This document shows, in pieces, positions 27,148 to 38,964 of a stretch of DNA of 64,000 nt (its first letter is position 1; every line of letters starts with the position of its first letter). The stretch is from Eledone cirrhosa (lineage: Eukaryota), in assembly GCA_964016885.1 (NCBI GenBank), contig OZ024741.1, positions 96,410,001 through 96,474,000 of the forward strand. Direction: 5' to 3'. The notes beneath the pieces are model-generated. The model had not been told where the DNA came from. It worked only from the letters and a program-made list of their open reading frames with translations, and made no database searches. The position numbers and the translations under genes were made by a program.

Positions 27148-29228
27148 TATATATATATATATATATATATATTTGCATATGTATAGAAAGAAGAAGAATA
27201 GTGGAAGAAAGACAGGGAGAAAAAGAGAGAAGTCAAGTAAGATAAATGTTAAAAAAAGGACTGAAAAACCCCTAACGAAAACAAAATATAGCGAAAAGGG
27301 AAAAAAAACAGAGATAGGGAGGCAAATAAATAGAAGCATAAATCAAAAAGAAAACAACCGCGTTTGCTTTACTACAATTTACCAACATCATTAGTCAACC
27401 TCAATTTCGCAAGGCGTTAACTACTTCCGCTACAGTAGACGACCTGGCAGCCATGTTGTATTTATTCCTTCATTACTTTCACCTCATGATGAACCCCATT
27501 AAATTCCTTTTTTCAAACTATACATACCTCTTTCTATTTCTTCCTTCTCCCCGTCGCTCTCTCTCTCTCATTTCTCCGTATTCATCTTTCGATCCGCTAC
27601 AGGGAAAAATCCGACAGGTTACTATTTCTCATGCAGTCATCGTCATAGTCTCACGTGTACTTTTCCTAATTATTATTGCCAGGGAATTTTAAACATTATG
27701 ATGACAATGATGAATATAATGAATATCATTCTCATCATTAACATCGTGTACTGTCTCTTCTATGTAAATATTGTTATTGTCGTCATCGTTGTTGTTGTTG
27801 CTTTTGCTGCTGCTGCTTGTTGATGTTATCAGCCTCATTTTATCCCTCCCCTGCTTATCTTTACCGCAAGAAACCTCATGATGATGATGATGCTGATGAT
27901 AATGATATCCCTCCATCCCTTCTTTCTGTCGTTTCTCCCCATCTTCCTCATCACCATCCTTATCACGAAGGTAATATGCACATTAATATTACCGTAATTA
28001 ACAGTATTATTTTTTGTTCATATTTTTTATCAGCATTGCAACCAGAACTCCTAAAATTATATTTCCAATTTTCCTTGCTCATCATCATTATTATCGTTAT
28101 CATTCATTCATTGCAACTTCACCCAACTGAATATAAAAGGCATACTTTTACAAATTTAAGAGAACGTAGATTTGGTGTGGCCTGAGATGGAGAAGGAGGG
28201 ATGGCTGCAGTGATTTCTACCATTTAATTCTCAGGATAACAAATGTCACAGAACAGAATGTCAGCAATGTTTATTCTGAAAAATATTGATTTTTACCAGT
28301 CACGTAACGCAACAAATTTATACGTTATGAGCCAACGAGTCAGCGTCTACAGCGTCACTTGATTTGTTAGACATACCAGTCAAATCTTTATTAAATCATT
28401 TCCAATACTTTTAGAAAAACAGAAATAGATATTATACTGTAGTGTGATACAATATCCCTAAAATAAGCGGCTATCATGGCTGGAAAGTCGTTGATCGTAC
28501 TTATTTTAGATTAGGGCTGACCGAGATCTAAAGACGGATATGTTATAGCGCCGGGGTTTACTGAGTCGAATTGTCACTCTATGTGCATATATTAGAGAGT
28601 ATATTAGCCATGGTATTTGCCATGGAGCACGTCACGTTCAAGAAATAATAACACCGAATTACAGAAAACACAATTCTGTATTAGAAGCGGTAGATATATC
28701 TGTGTATGATCTTGTGTGTTAAATATAATTTTTCAATACATCAATCAACTTTTTGTCCCAATGCGATTCGAAATAATAATGCGGGGCTGGACCGTGGGTT
28801 ATATGAATATAGATTGAAGTAATTTGTGCAACATCCTACTGATTTTACCATTGAAATACATAGGACACAGCAGTTTTTTTAAAAATTTTTGGAGAGCAAT
28901 TGGATAGACTATATTGCTTAACATATATATTTTTATCTATCCAGAATGAGTGAAAGGTAAAGTCAGCCCTAGCGGGATTCGAACACACAATGTAAAGGGA
29001 GGTAATTTAATAATGAATGCACTTATATTTGTTCCTTTAACAGTAACTGCAAACTATCGAACTTGATTGCTGCAAATATTGGAAATAGTTAATAATAAAT
29101 ATATACACATGTATATATATTGTGATGGGGCCGAAAGATAAGCTATAAACATAAACTTCTCATTCACTGCTTTCTTCTTCAAGTTTATGTTATCTGCTAC
29201 AACTTTCTTTTCCAAATAATCAACGGTC

Positions 29229-29280
<52 letters not shown>

Positions 29281-29318
29281 ACATATACACACACATATAT
29301 ATATATATAAACACATAT

Positions 29319-29396
<78 letters not shown>

Positions 29397-29487
29397 ATAT
29401 GTATATATATACGCTTGGTATATAAGGATGCAATTCACTTCAAGCACTCGACATCATATTACTTCTTTTAAACAAGGATGACGGAGT

Positions 29488-29741
29488 ATAATAAAGAGGA
29501 AAATGCGAAGTTGTAGATGTTACAGTCTTTTGTTAATTGAGCCGTTATGCATATTTCCATGATGATACGTATCGTTATTTCTTCAAACAGCAAAAGTGAG
29601 TAAAAGGTAACATTTCCGAGGCAATTATGGGTGGAAGGGTGCAGAATAAAACAATGTATGTTTTCCCTTTGTATACAAAGAAAAACATAGATATTTCACA
29701 TGCATACTGGCTCAATTGATAAATGACATCGCATTTTCCTC

Positions 29742-29746
<5 letters not shown>
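29488..29746 (-). mobile_element. Module with inverted termini and a C3U hammerhead variant; partial copy at 35170-35340
   Basis: GAGGAAAATGCGA...AATTGAGCCGTTATGCAT versus ATGCATACTGGCTCAATT...TCGCATTTTCCTC; minus strand 29541-29591 reads GCUGU-UUGAAGA...GAAA-U-AUGC-A-UA^ACGGC. Confidence 0.7.
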
Positions 29747-29796
<50 letters not shown>

Positions 29797-29801
<5 letters not shown>

Positions 29802-30412
29802 TGATGAGGGACTAATTTTATCATATGTAACCCATGTGCAACCACGCAGTATTCCCCTTTCTTCCCATGTTTTTCATACATATTTACCTCGACTGCGATT
29901 ATCTGTTTCTCTCTTTCTCTCTTACTGCTTCCTCGTTCTCTCTGTTTTTCTCACCTTCTTTCGCCCCCTCTGTCAGTTACACTTTCTCTCGACTGACCTC
30001 TTCCTCGCACTTCCACTCACTCACTCTCTGTTTCTCCCCTTCTCACTTCCTCCCGTTCGTTAGTAGTGGGGTTCTTTCTTTCTCACATCTAATTCACGGC
30101 GAACGGTCTGTTTTGTGACGGCTCATGAAATTCACCCAGCTTATGCTGACCGGATAACCATCATGTTGCTCGCTCTTTTCCTACCTTCGGTTTGCTTTTA
30201 CTTCTATGTTGTTTACTTGTCTCACTCGCTTTACGCGATTCACTTGTCCCAATAGCTTATTTTAGTTATTGCTCGCACCAACCTGAGGTATCTGATTTTT
30301 AATGCGATGAAATACCAATGATGGTTGGCAAATCACTGATGAGGGACTAATTTTATAATATGTAACCCATGAGCAACCACGCAGTATTCCCCTTTCTTCC
30401 CATGTTTTTCAT
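29797..30412 (+). mobile_element. Non-coding module with ~80 bp direct terminal repeats (period 535 bp) in (TA)n
   Basis: ATCACTGATGAGGGACTAATTTTAT...CCCATGTTTTTCATA at 29797 and 30332; CUGAUGA present but no matching GAAA box. Confidence 0.75.
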
Positions 30413-30432
30413 ATATATATATATATATATAT

Positions 30433-30540
30433 ATATTTATTAAACAGACTAAAGTTTAAGCAAAGAATCGCTGCTTTCACCCTTAAAGGGATCTTCTGAA
30501 ACCAACTCTTTGGATTTTAGTCTTCAAATTTATTATTATT
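30433..30540 (-). mobile_element. Collapsed copy of the 12467 family with a CAGAAGA hammerhead (30453-30503)
   Basis: GUUU-CAGAAGA-U-CCC-UUUAA-GGG-U-GAAA-GCAG...UUGC-UU^AAAC joined to the inverted terminus CTTTGGATTTTAGTCTTCAA. Confidence 0.75.
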
Positions 30541-30549
30541 ACTATATAT

Positions 30550-31660
30550 ATCTAGGGCTGGTAAAATTCCCGAGATCCATGGACGAGTTCTCATTATCGC
30601 TGCCATGTCCTGCGTCTCCAACAGCCCAGTGTGTGTCCTTAGGGCATCGACATACGTTAACCTTGATCTTCCGCTTCCAGTGTGTCCATGTAGGGGATCC
30701 CACAGGAGCACTGAGTGCATTGTCGACTCTGGATGTCGGTGAGCATGTCCAGCTAACCTCAGTCTCCTCTGTGTCACTTTCGAGCTGACTCTTGGGAGGC
30801 TCCCATACAGCTCTGAGGTTTTCATCCTCAGTGTATACTGATTAATGTTCAGAGCCATCCTCAGCATTCTCGTGTAGCACCCATCCACCATCTGAGTGAG
30901 TTTCTTGGTCAGTGTCCAAGTCTCAGACCCGTACAGCAGCACATACTCCACTACAGCAATGAAGAGGCGGAGCTTCAGGTCTTCACGAAGGTCCGACTTC
31001 CACACCGATCTCAAGTTGTGGCACGCCGCCCAGGCTTTGCTCTTCCTCTCAAACACATCATCTTCCGTATTCCCAATCTTTGCTCCCAAATACAGGAAGT
31101 CCTCAACCAATTCTAACGGCTTCCCGCCTACATTAGTGATCTCCTCTGGCCTCTCAACATTCTCTACCAGATATTATGTCTCAGCTCCACACTCATCGAC
31201 ACAGTCTCAACCTTCTGCATCAAATCCTCTGCCTCCTTCACTGTATTTGTCACCAAAACTATGTCGTCGGCAAATTCAGCATCTGATATCTTTTTCGCCT
31301 TAACTCTCCTGCTCTGAGCCGGTGCTATAGTAAAGCCAGAGTCCTGGTGCTTCTCCAGTGCAAGGTGCATACAATAGTCTTCTACGATGATAAAAAGATA
31401 GGGAGCCAATGTATCTACCTGGAACGATCCAGCCAGTATCTCAAAGAACTCTGTCATCCCATCAGGTGTAATGACTTGGGATTTGGTGTTGGTGTAGAGC
31501 AGTGATATCAGGTCCACTATCTTCTTGGGGATTCCATAAGCCTGTAAGATCTTCATCAGGCAGTGACGGTCGACAGAATTAAAGGCTTTCCTAAAGTCAA
31601 TGAAAGCCATGACCGCAGGAAGGCACTTTGCTCTAGCTGCCTCTAATATCCTCCTCAACC
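30550..31660 (-). pseudogene. 5'-truncated RTE/RTEX-clade LINE, RT domain and C-terminus
   Basis: AFIDFRKAFNSV, G..Q.DTLAPYLF, EFADDIVL, FLYLG, LLYGSETWTL, RRLRLAGH; frameshift near 31150. Confidence 0.9.
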
Positions 31661-31698
31661 AGTCACTATATATATAGTAAAATATTTACAAACACACT

Positions 31699-32439
31699 AT
31701 GAAATTTTCCTATTCGACATCCTCCAACATTTCCAACATTATCTCTAAACACAACAATAAAATACTAAATACTAAATCTCTTCCTTCCAACACTGAATAT
31801 CTTAATAATAGTAATAGTACTCCCGACGTCATTGTAAACCCTAGGCTAATTTCTGCAAACCCAAATACAACGTCAAACACAACTTCGCTAAATGTTCTTA
31901 ATCCTATTCTAAATCAAGAAACTATTATTTCTATCGCAAATAACTTTTCCAATCCAATTCCTTCTATAGATAACACTAAGTCACTCGTTAATAATCTCTC
32001 TAATCGCAATTGCAATTGCCCTGCTAAAAATAAATGTCCTCTCAACAACCATTGTCTTGATAAAAACTTAATTTACGAATGTAAAGTTATAACTGACACC
32101 AATTCCTTTACCTATTTTGGCTCCACTTCCACCTCCTTTAAAGCTCGTCTTTATAATCATCATTCATCTTTTAAATATAAACTTAAAAGAATCAACACGG
32201 CTCTCTCAGAACTCATATGGTCCTTGAAAGACAAAAATATTAAATATAACATCTCTTGGAAAAAGGTTTCCTCTGCTTCTTTATACTTGAACAGTTCTCT
32301 ATCCAAGACTTGCAATCTCTGTCTGAATGAAAAATTTACCATTATATCTAATTTAGATTCTATAATAAATAGACGCACTGACTTGTTTTCTATCTGCTTG
32401 CATAAATTCCACAGAACTTTCCATAAAGTATACAGCTAA
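31699..32439 (+). CDS. C-terminal PLE GIY-YIG endonuclease region (Naiad-type), N-terminally truncated
   Basis: SYS...NI..IISKHN; CxCx5C (CNCPAKNKCPL); LIYECKV...YFGST...FKARLYNH; TALS..IW.LK; CNLCLNEK; N.R.DLFS.C.H. Confidence 0.85.
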   Translation: MKFSYSTSSNISNIISKHNNKILNTKSLPSNTEYLNNSNSTPDVIVNPRLISANPNTTSNTTSLNVLNPILNQETIISIANNFSNPIPSIDNTKSLVNNLSNRNCNCPAKNKCPLNNHCLDKNLIYECKVITDTNSFTYFGSTSTSFKARLYNHHSSFKYKLKRINTALSELIWSLKDKNIKYNISWKKVSSASLYLNSSLSKTCNLCLNEKFTIISNLDSIINRRTDLFSICLHKFHRTFHKVYS

Positions 32440-32853
32440 TAACCTAAACTTTATCAATTCAGAATCCTTTTCTCAAAGGCACACATATATATATATATAT
32501 ATACTTCTTTAAAAATATACCCATCTTTCTACCTTATTTCAAAGTTATTTATCATATTCTATATCATTCCTATTCATCACTTCCCTTTCTTCCTTTTCTT
32601 TTCTTTTTCTTTTAATTTCTAACCTCTAATCTGTACCTTTTCACACTGTGCCTAACATAGAAACAATTATTACACAATACACTATATCCTTACTTTATTT
32701 CACCTTGAAAAAATCCTTCGTAAACATAAACATTTTTTTTTTTGACGTTAGATTATTCATCCTCTATTCATTATTTTTTTCTCACTTTCATCTAACTTAT
32801 TCATGCTCATCTCACAATATATCCTTACTTACATTACTTCTGTTTTTTTTTAA

Positions 32854-33026
32854 ATAATACATATCAACATTTTCTTTCCTTCGCACATATTATTAAACCC
32901 TTAAAATTATTCTTAATACATATTAACATTTTCTTTCCATCGCACATATTATTAAACCCTTAAATATTATTCTTAATACATATTAACAATTTCTTTTCAT
33001 CGCACATATTATTAAACCCTTCAATA
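32854..33026 (+). repeat. ~60 bp tandem repeat x3 in the PLE 3'UTR
   Basis: TAATACATATTAACATTTTCTTTCCATCGCACATATTATTAAACCCTT repeated three times. Confidence 0.85.
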
Positions 33027-33375
33027 TACAAACCTTAACTTTACATTATTTTTCTCTTCGTTAATTTTCAAATTCTTTTAATTTATACATTACCTTCCAA
33101 CGGTTTTTCAACCTCTCTATGTAAAACAATATATTTTTCTCAGTTATAAAAGCTATCTCTCTCTATCAGCCATCTCTCCTCCTATCTCATCCTTCCTCAT
33201 TATACTCCTCCCCTCCACTTTTTACTCTCATCTTCTCCTCTTTTTCATCCTTTCCACCCCCCTCCTCAACAATTTTTTTTTTGCCCCAATATCACACATC
33301 AATCTAAAACCACTTTTCATATGTTGATTTAAAACTGCACTATCCACAAGTGTTTTTAACTTTCATATCATGTCC

Positions 33376-33447
33376 TATTTTTATCTGATGAAAACACAAA
33401 TGTTACTGCATGATGATATTTGTTTTTGAAATGCGCATAATAAAATA
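33376..33447 (+). ncRNA. Minimal type I hammerhead at the 3' end of the Naiad-type PLE
   Basis: UUUUAU-CUGAUGA(33385)-AAACACAAAUG/UAUUUGUUUUU-GAAA(33428)-U-[GCGC]-A-UA^AUAAAA; palindromic loop III. Confidence 0.85.
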
Positions 33448-33463
33448 CATGGAACTCATTTAA

Positions 33464-33510
<47 letters not shown>

Positions 33511-33517
<7 letters not shown>

Positions 33518-34219
33518 GAAAATTAGAGTTAAAACTCCAATTGAAACCCTGTAACTATTAAGCTCCAAGTATAAAATACTGAGCCGATTAATAATATATA
33601 TGCAGTAAGAAACACAGCAAACCGTGTGTCTAATATTACAAGGGTTGAAAAACCACATTTGTTTGAAATATTTAACCAAGAAGCAGACAGAATGATAAAA
33701 TAAAAATATATTATTATACAAACCGCCTCAATAACCATTTTATCTCTCGGACAGATTATCCCTAATCTGTTTCGCCCTGAGTGTGTTTGTAACAGATAAT
33801 CCTTAGGCATCATCAGCGAAAGAATCTGATTAAATGCAACAAACACTATGTACCAACGTTCACACAGAAAGATGAAATTTATCACCTCGTGCGCCGCTAG
33901 TCAAACGTGGTAAGCGTGTATTGAATAGAAACAACAGTCCAACACACACAACTTAATAAGCTCGACTTGTGAGGGAGCAGAAATATAAATGAAAATTAGA
34001 GTTAAAACTCCAATTGAAACCCTGTAACTATTAAGCTCCAAGTATAAAATACTGAGCCGATTAATAATATATATGCAGTAAGAAACACAGCAAACCGTGT
34101 GTCTAATATTACAAGGGTTGAAAAACCACATTTGTTTGAAATATTTAACCAAGAAGCAGACAGAACGATAAAATAAAAATATATTATCGGCTCAGTATTT
34201 TATACTTGGAGCTTAATAG
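33511..34219 (-). mobile_element. Retrozyme-like or non-autonomous PLE unit, period 473 bp, ~205 bp direct repeats plus a short inversion
   Basis: 33511-33715 matches 33984-34187; 34186-34219 is an inverted copy of ~34028-34061; canonical HHR between the repeats. Confidence 0.8.
33743..33823 (-). ncRNA. Canonical type I hammerhead ribozyme
   Basis: Stem I UCUUUCG/CGAGAGA; CUGAUGA-U; stem II GCC/GGC; GAAA; stem III ACAGAUUA-[GGGA]-UAAUCUGU; GUC^. Confidence 0.92.
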
Positions 34220-35112
34220 CTGAGATACAACCGGTACTGGCATTGATAAATATGCTGGGTCCGTCAACCGTTATTATTATCTCCCAACTAGCGGAACATT
34301 GAGAGTAAGTTAAACAATTTTTCACTTTTTATTGTGTTTTTGTTTTGATATGCACTCTTTTTCCTGCTACTAATTTTGTCTCTCACTCTTTTAAGTTGTG
34401 AATTAGACTGGTTATCTACGCACGTTGCTGACACATTTCAGCTCGCTACTATATTGTTATATAATGCATGATCGCATTTAAAGTCCGTTAAAGGTTCTTG
34501 GCACTACCATTGTTACCATCGCTTTCCTCTAGCCATGGAGCTTGGAGACATGAACCGAATGCTACCATTATATTTTGTATCAATGTGAACTGCTATTTCT
34601 AATAGCCATCTTTTCACCCCTTGATAATTTGTATGTGAGACACGTTGGCTGAGTGTTTCTGACAGGAACTAATAGATTGATTCTTTTTAGCTTCACGTCC
34701 CCACGTAAAATTTGTAAATCAGTGGCTAGTTGAGAGATAGAGTCCTATCGGTTGCCAGTTAATCGCTTTACCTTGTCAGTTGTCACAAACAGTCATGACC
34801 GGCATGGGCCGGTGTTTGGATTCTGTCGATCGATTGGTTATTGATTAGGCGATACCCGCTGATGAAGCCGCATAAGACGATTGTGCATTGTTGCATAATA
34901 TATGCAGACAGATGGTGCAGTGCACCTTACTGCTGCATTAGTGCGGCAGAAACTTGAGTCCGGGGACCTTATAGGCACCCGTTTTACGTGTGTTGTGTTG
35001 AGGCAAATAACTATGTGTATACTCTGGTAATGTATCTTACATTGGCCATTGAGTACCCTGAGATACAACCGGTATTGGCATTGATAAATATGGTGGGTCC
35101 GTCAACGCTTAT

Positions 35113-35114
<2 letters not shown>
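34220..35114 (+). mobile_element. Non-coding unit, period 838 bp, ~55 bp direct terminal repeats, with a hammerhead
   Basis: CTGAGATACAACCGGTAYTGGCATTGATAAATATG.TGGGTCCGTCAAC at 34220 and 35058; ends in (TA)n. Confidence 0.78.
34855..34964 (+). ncRNA. Type I hammerhead with an extended stem II
   Basis: CCCG-CUGAUGA(34859)-A-GCCGCAU...~70 nt...GUGCGGC-A-GAAA(34949)-C-UUGA-G-UC^CGGG. Confidence 0.85.
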
Positions 35115-35169
<55 letters not shown>

Positions 35170-35172
<3 letters not shown>

Positions 35173-35340
35173 GAGGAAAATGCGATGTCATTTATCAATT
35201 GAGCCGGTATGCATGTAAAATATCTATGTTTTTCTTTGTATACAAAGGGAAAACATACATTGTTTTATTCTGCACCCTTCCACCCATAATTGCCTCGGAA
35301 ATGTTACCTTTTACTCACTTTTGCTGTTTGAAGAAATAAC
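35170..35340 (+). mobile_element. Inverted dispersed copy of 29575-29746
   Basis: Near-identical reverse complement; breaks just after the UUGAAGA box; flanked by (TA)n. Confidence 0.85.
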
Positions 35341-35344
35341 CATA

Positions 35345-35427
<83 letters not shown>

Positions 35428-35535
35428 TTATATATACTTATATATATAATTATTTATATATATATATAAGTATATACACACACGCACACACATATATATA
35501 TACACACACAGACACACTGACACACACACACGCAT

Positions 35536-35573
<38 letters not shown>

Positions 35574-37025
35574 GTATATATGCATACACATATGCCCAAA
35601 TATATATACCTGTGTGTATGTGTTGTATTCGTACAGAATTATGTGAATGGATGTTTGTGTGTTTGAATGTTTTTGTTGTTAGGGCCCCAGGTTTAATCTA
35701 ACATCAACCAGACCGAATTGCCATGTAGAGGCTCTTTATTGGCTCATATTGGTAGGATAAACTCCGTTGAAACTGGTGATGATTTGACTCTGTATCAATT
35801 AGCCCTCAGCAGAGTTTATCGAAGATTACTATATGTTAACAGAAGTTCTTACCATTCATCTGAGAGAGAAGCAAAGGGAGAAAGTTTCGAAGCTTTGGCA
35901 ATAAGTTCGTTAATGATAAAGTAATTTATATGTTGGTGCGATGTGAAGAACAATATAGGGCGAACGAAATGATAGTTCGAGAAAAGTAGTGGGTGAGGCA
36001 GAAATCTGTGGTAAGAATTAGGGGAATAACAGAAGATAATTAGAAAGCGAAGTTGGAAGGTGCCAGATACTCAAATCGCACAGATGAAGGAAGTGAAGGT
36101 CACGCCTAGGCTTCTTAGATACTTTAAAACGAAACAAAGCGTACACAGGTCATTGTTTTTGTTAAATTAAGGTGAAGATCATATGAAATTATAAGATAAA
36201 TAAACAAATATTGATCAATATATGTTCATATGTTGCAGATGTGTGTATAAATTCGCTTATTTACATCTCGTTAGGATAGCAACAAGGAAACAACGAAGCG
36301 ATGCAACGCAAACGGATCATTTGCATCGTGTTAGACATTATGTTGTTCGCGAACACTGTCAGAAATGCACTGAAGCAGTGGAAATCCGTGACGAACGACG
36401 CCATTTTCCCCAAGAGAATTAAAAGAAGTATATTAATAAAAGACTATTTAACGTATGCTTAATCGATAAGAAAAAAATACATATTTGAAATGTTTTACGT
36501 GTGTAAGAAAAACAAATATTTTAACCTTACTTTCATTCTCAATCTTATGTATTAGAATATTTTCTCAATGTTCTCGTATATTCCATTGGTTTATAGTCAA
36601 GAGGGAAATGTATTTATAGTCTTCGTAGATTTAGTAAAAATTATCACTATAGGTCGCGTTATTTCTAACCCAACTTTTATGTAAAAAAAAAGAAAACAAA
36701 ACCAAAACAAACTGTGGTCCTGTCTATTGAGAACTGTGTACAACATTAAAGAGTGGACTGACATGACTGAATAAATAATGTTAGATCCTCGAGTCATATC
36801 TTAATGATCAAAGGTGTGAATCGACCGGAATTATTCAGCGATCAAACAAGGGCGAAGTTACAAGATATTAATATTTGTTCCTGCAATATATAATATCAAA
36901 GAGTACGTTTCTTAAAATAAGCACAAATTGGACGATACATACATGAATAACGTAGTAAATTATCAGAATTATTAGATGAAAAAACAACAAAAGAAGCGCG
37001 CACACACACAGACACATACACACAC

Positions 37026-37114
<89 letters not shown>

Positions 37115-37608
37115 CACACACACACTAACGCACATAGACATGTATATATATATATATCTGTGTGTGTGTGTGTGTGTGTGTATGTGTGTGTGTGTATGTG
37201 TGTGTGTGTATGTGTTAGTGTGTACGAAATTAGCCAGATTGAGCGGAATCTTTAAGCAACTCCGTCGACCGTCTACAGCTTAATCGGATGGGCTATATCA
37301 CACGTAATAACTACAACAGCAATCTGATTTGATACCTATCATAATAAATGAGTGGACAAGGAGATTTACTGCAGTGCGATCATCCATGTAAGCCCTTAGC
37401 GCCATCTGGCCGCTGTACAATTCACAATAAATCAATTGGATGGATCAAATGATGATTATACTTTCCGAAACGACACACACAACCACACATACAAAGACGC
37501 TTACACAGTAATAAATAACTAAGACAGACATATACATATACAGAAAACAGCTATAGACAGAGACAGTATAAGTAGCCATATGAATATGTACAAATGCGTA
37601 CATATATA

Positions 37609-37723
37609 CAGAGTGTCCCCGCAAAACTGTATACACACTTCCACAACATTCTAATAAATATGTGTACATATATTTTTGGGACACCTTGTACATATATATA
37701 TAAATATATATATAAATAAATAA

Positions 37724-37820
<97 letters not shown>

Positions 37821-37869
37821 AGGTGTCCCAAAAATCTATGTACACATACTTATTAGAATGTTGTTGGAT

Positions 37870-37872
<3 letters not shown>
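37609..37872. mobile_element. Tiny Tc1/mariner-type MITE (37609-37688) plus an inverted partial copy across a (TA)n tract
   Basis: TA-CAGAGTGTCCC...GGGACACCTTG-TA; 37819-37870 is the reverse complement of ~37640-37688. Confidence 0.65.
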
Positions 37873-37925
<53 letters not shown>

Positions 37926-38216
37926 TATATATATATAAATACAGATAACTTACCGTTTATTTCAAATACACAAACAAAACATCTGAAACCTACACATAAC
38001 TATATATTCATACTTACATATATAATTGTATAGAGAAATGTAACAACGGAGCCACTGGAATACAGACACACATACAGATATACATGACACATCACCACCT
38101 CAACAAGCCAAAATATATAAGTACTAAAATACATACATTCGAATATGCATACACACTCACACACACACTCACACACAGAAACACACACATTATTATATAT
38201 ATATATATATATATAT

Positions 38217-38410
38217 GGCGGTGGATTGGCAGTATCGGTAGAGGGTCGGACACCATACTTTGACGCATAGAGTTACGGCCTTTGCCATTCTGAGTCCAAA
38301 TCCCGCCGAGGTTAACTTTGCCTTTCATCCTTACGGGGTCGATAAAATAAAGTACCAGTAATGCACTGGAATAATTGCTGGCCTTGTGCCAAAAGTAGAA
38401 ACAATTATTA
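38217..38410 (+). mobile_element. Deu/Nin-type SINE, full length
   Basis: High similarity to 3269-3488; ATT tail running into (TA)n. Confidence 0.88.
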
Positions 38411-38430
38411 TATATATATATATATATATA

Positions 38431-38545
38431 TAGGAAACGAGTCAGGACCCCGACGGCTGCCTAGCAGCGGCCGTTTCGACAGCTAGAAACCCTAAGTATC
38501 GAGTATTCTAGTGCGGTATGGTCCACCTGGCATCTGACCACACCT
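38431..38545. mobile_element. Diverged relative of the 13675-14116 family (inverted HHR 3' half + terminus)
   Basis: Minus strand GAAA-CGGC...GCCG-UC^GGGGUC, then CCCTAAGTATCGAGTA...GGTCCACCTGG. Confidence 0.72.
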
Positions 38546-38644
38546 TCCACCTTCTCTGTTCTATATATAAATATAAATATACATACATCCATTCGTATAT
38601 AGTGTATAACTCTCTATATATGCATATATATATATATAAATATT

Positions 38645-38683
<39 letters not shown>

Positions 38684-38726
38684 ATAACAGGAGGCTGGAC
38701 TGGTGTAAATCCTTGAAAGGTTTATT

Positions 38727-38784
38727 ATACTATGATCATTTCAATTACCGGGTTACATATGAATCCGGTGATATCATCAGGTAT
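38727..38784 (-). ncRNA. Minimal type I hammerhead
   Basis: AUAC-CUGAUGA-U-AUCACCGG...CCGGUAAU-U-GAAA-U-[GAUC]-A-UA^GUAU. Confidence 0.83.
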
Positions 38785-38912
38785 TGGAATATAATAAAGG
38801 AATATGTAAAAAACCATGGGTCCGAAAAATCAGAGACAGAGACAGAGAGGACGACTGACCAATTAGCTGCCTTCACCTCGGCCAGTTGCCCTCAATATTC
38901 CAATATATTCCA

Positions 38913-38964
38913 ATACCTGATGATATCACCGGATGGAACCGGGTCATTGAAATGATCATAGTAT
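38913..38964 (+). ncRNA. Minimal type I hammerhead
   Basis: AUAC-CUGAUGA(38917)-U-AUCACCGG-AUGGAA-CCGGGUCAU-U-GAAA(38949)-U-[GAUC]-A-UA^GUAU; palindromic loop III. Confidence 0.83.

Larger units (their letters stand above)
31675..33468 (+). mobile_element. 5'-truncated Naiad-type Penelope-like retroelement (linker + GIY-YIG + 3'UTR + HHR)
   Basis: ORF 31699-32439 followed by a long T-rich UTR, a hammerhead at 33376-33447, then (TA)n; short TA run at the 5' junction. Confidence 0.85.

Noticed and set aside
31699-32439. Selenocysteine recoding, reported for some Naiad elements
   Set aside because: The visible ORF has no in-frame UGA and I could not identify a SECIS.
36222-36422. Possible host terminal exon (TTGCAG acceptor, ~60 open codons)
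   Set aside because: No recognisable protein similarity and no partner exons; RNA-seq would be needed.
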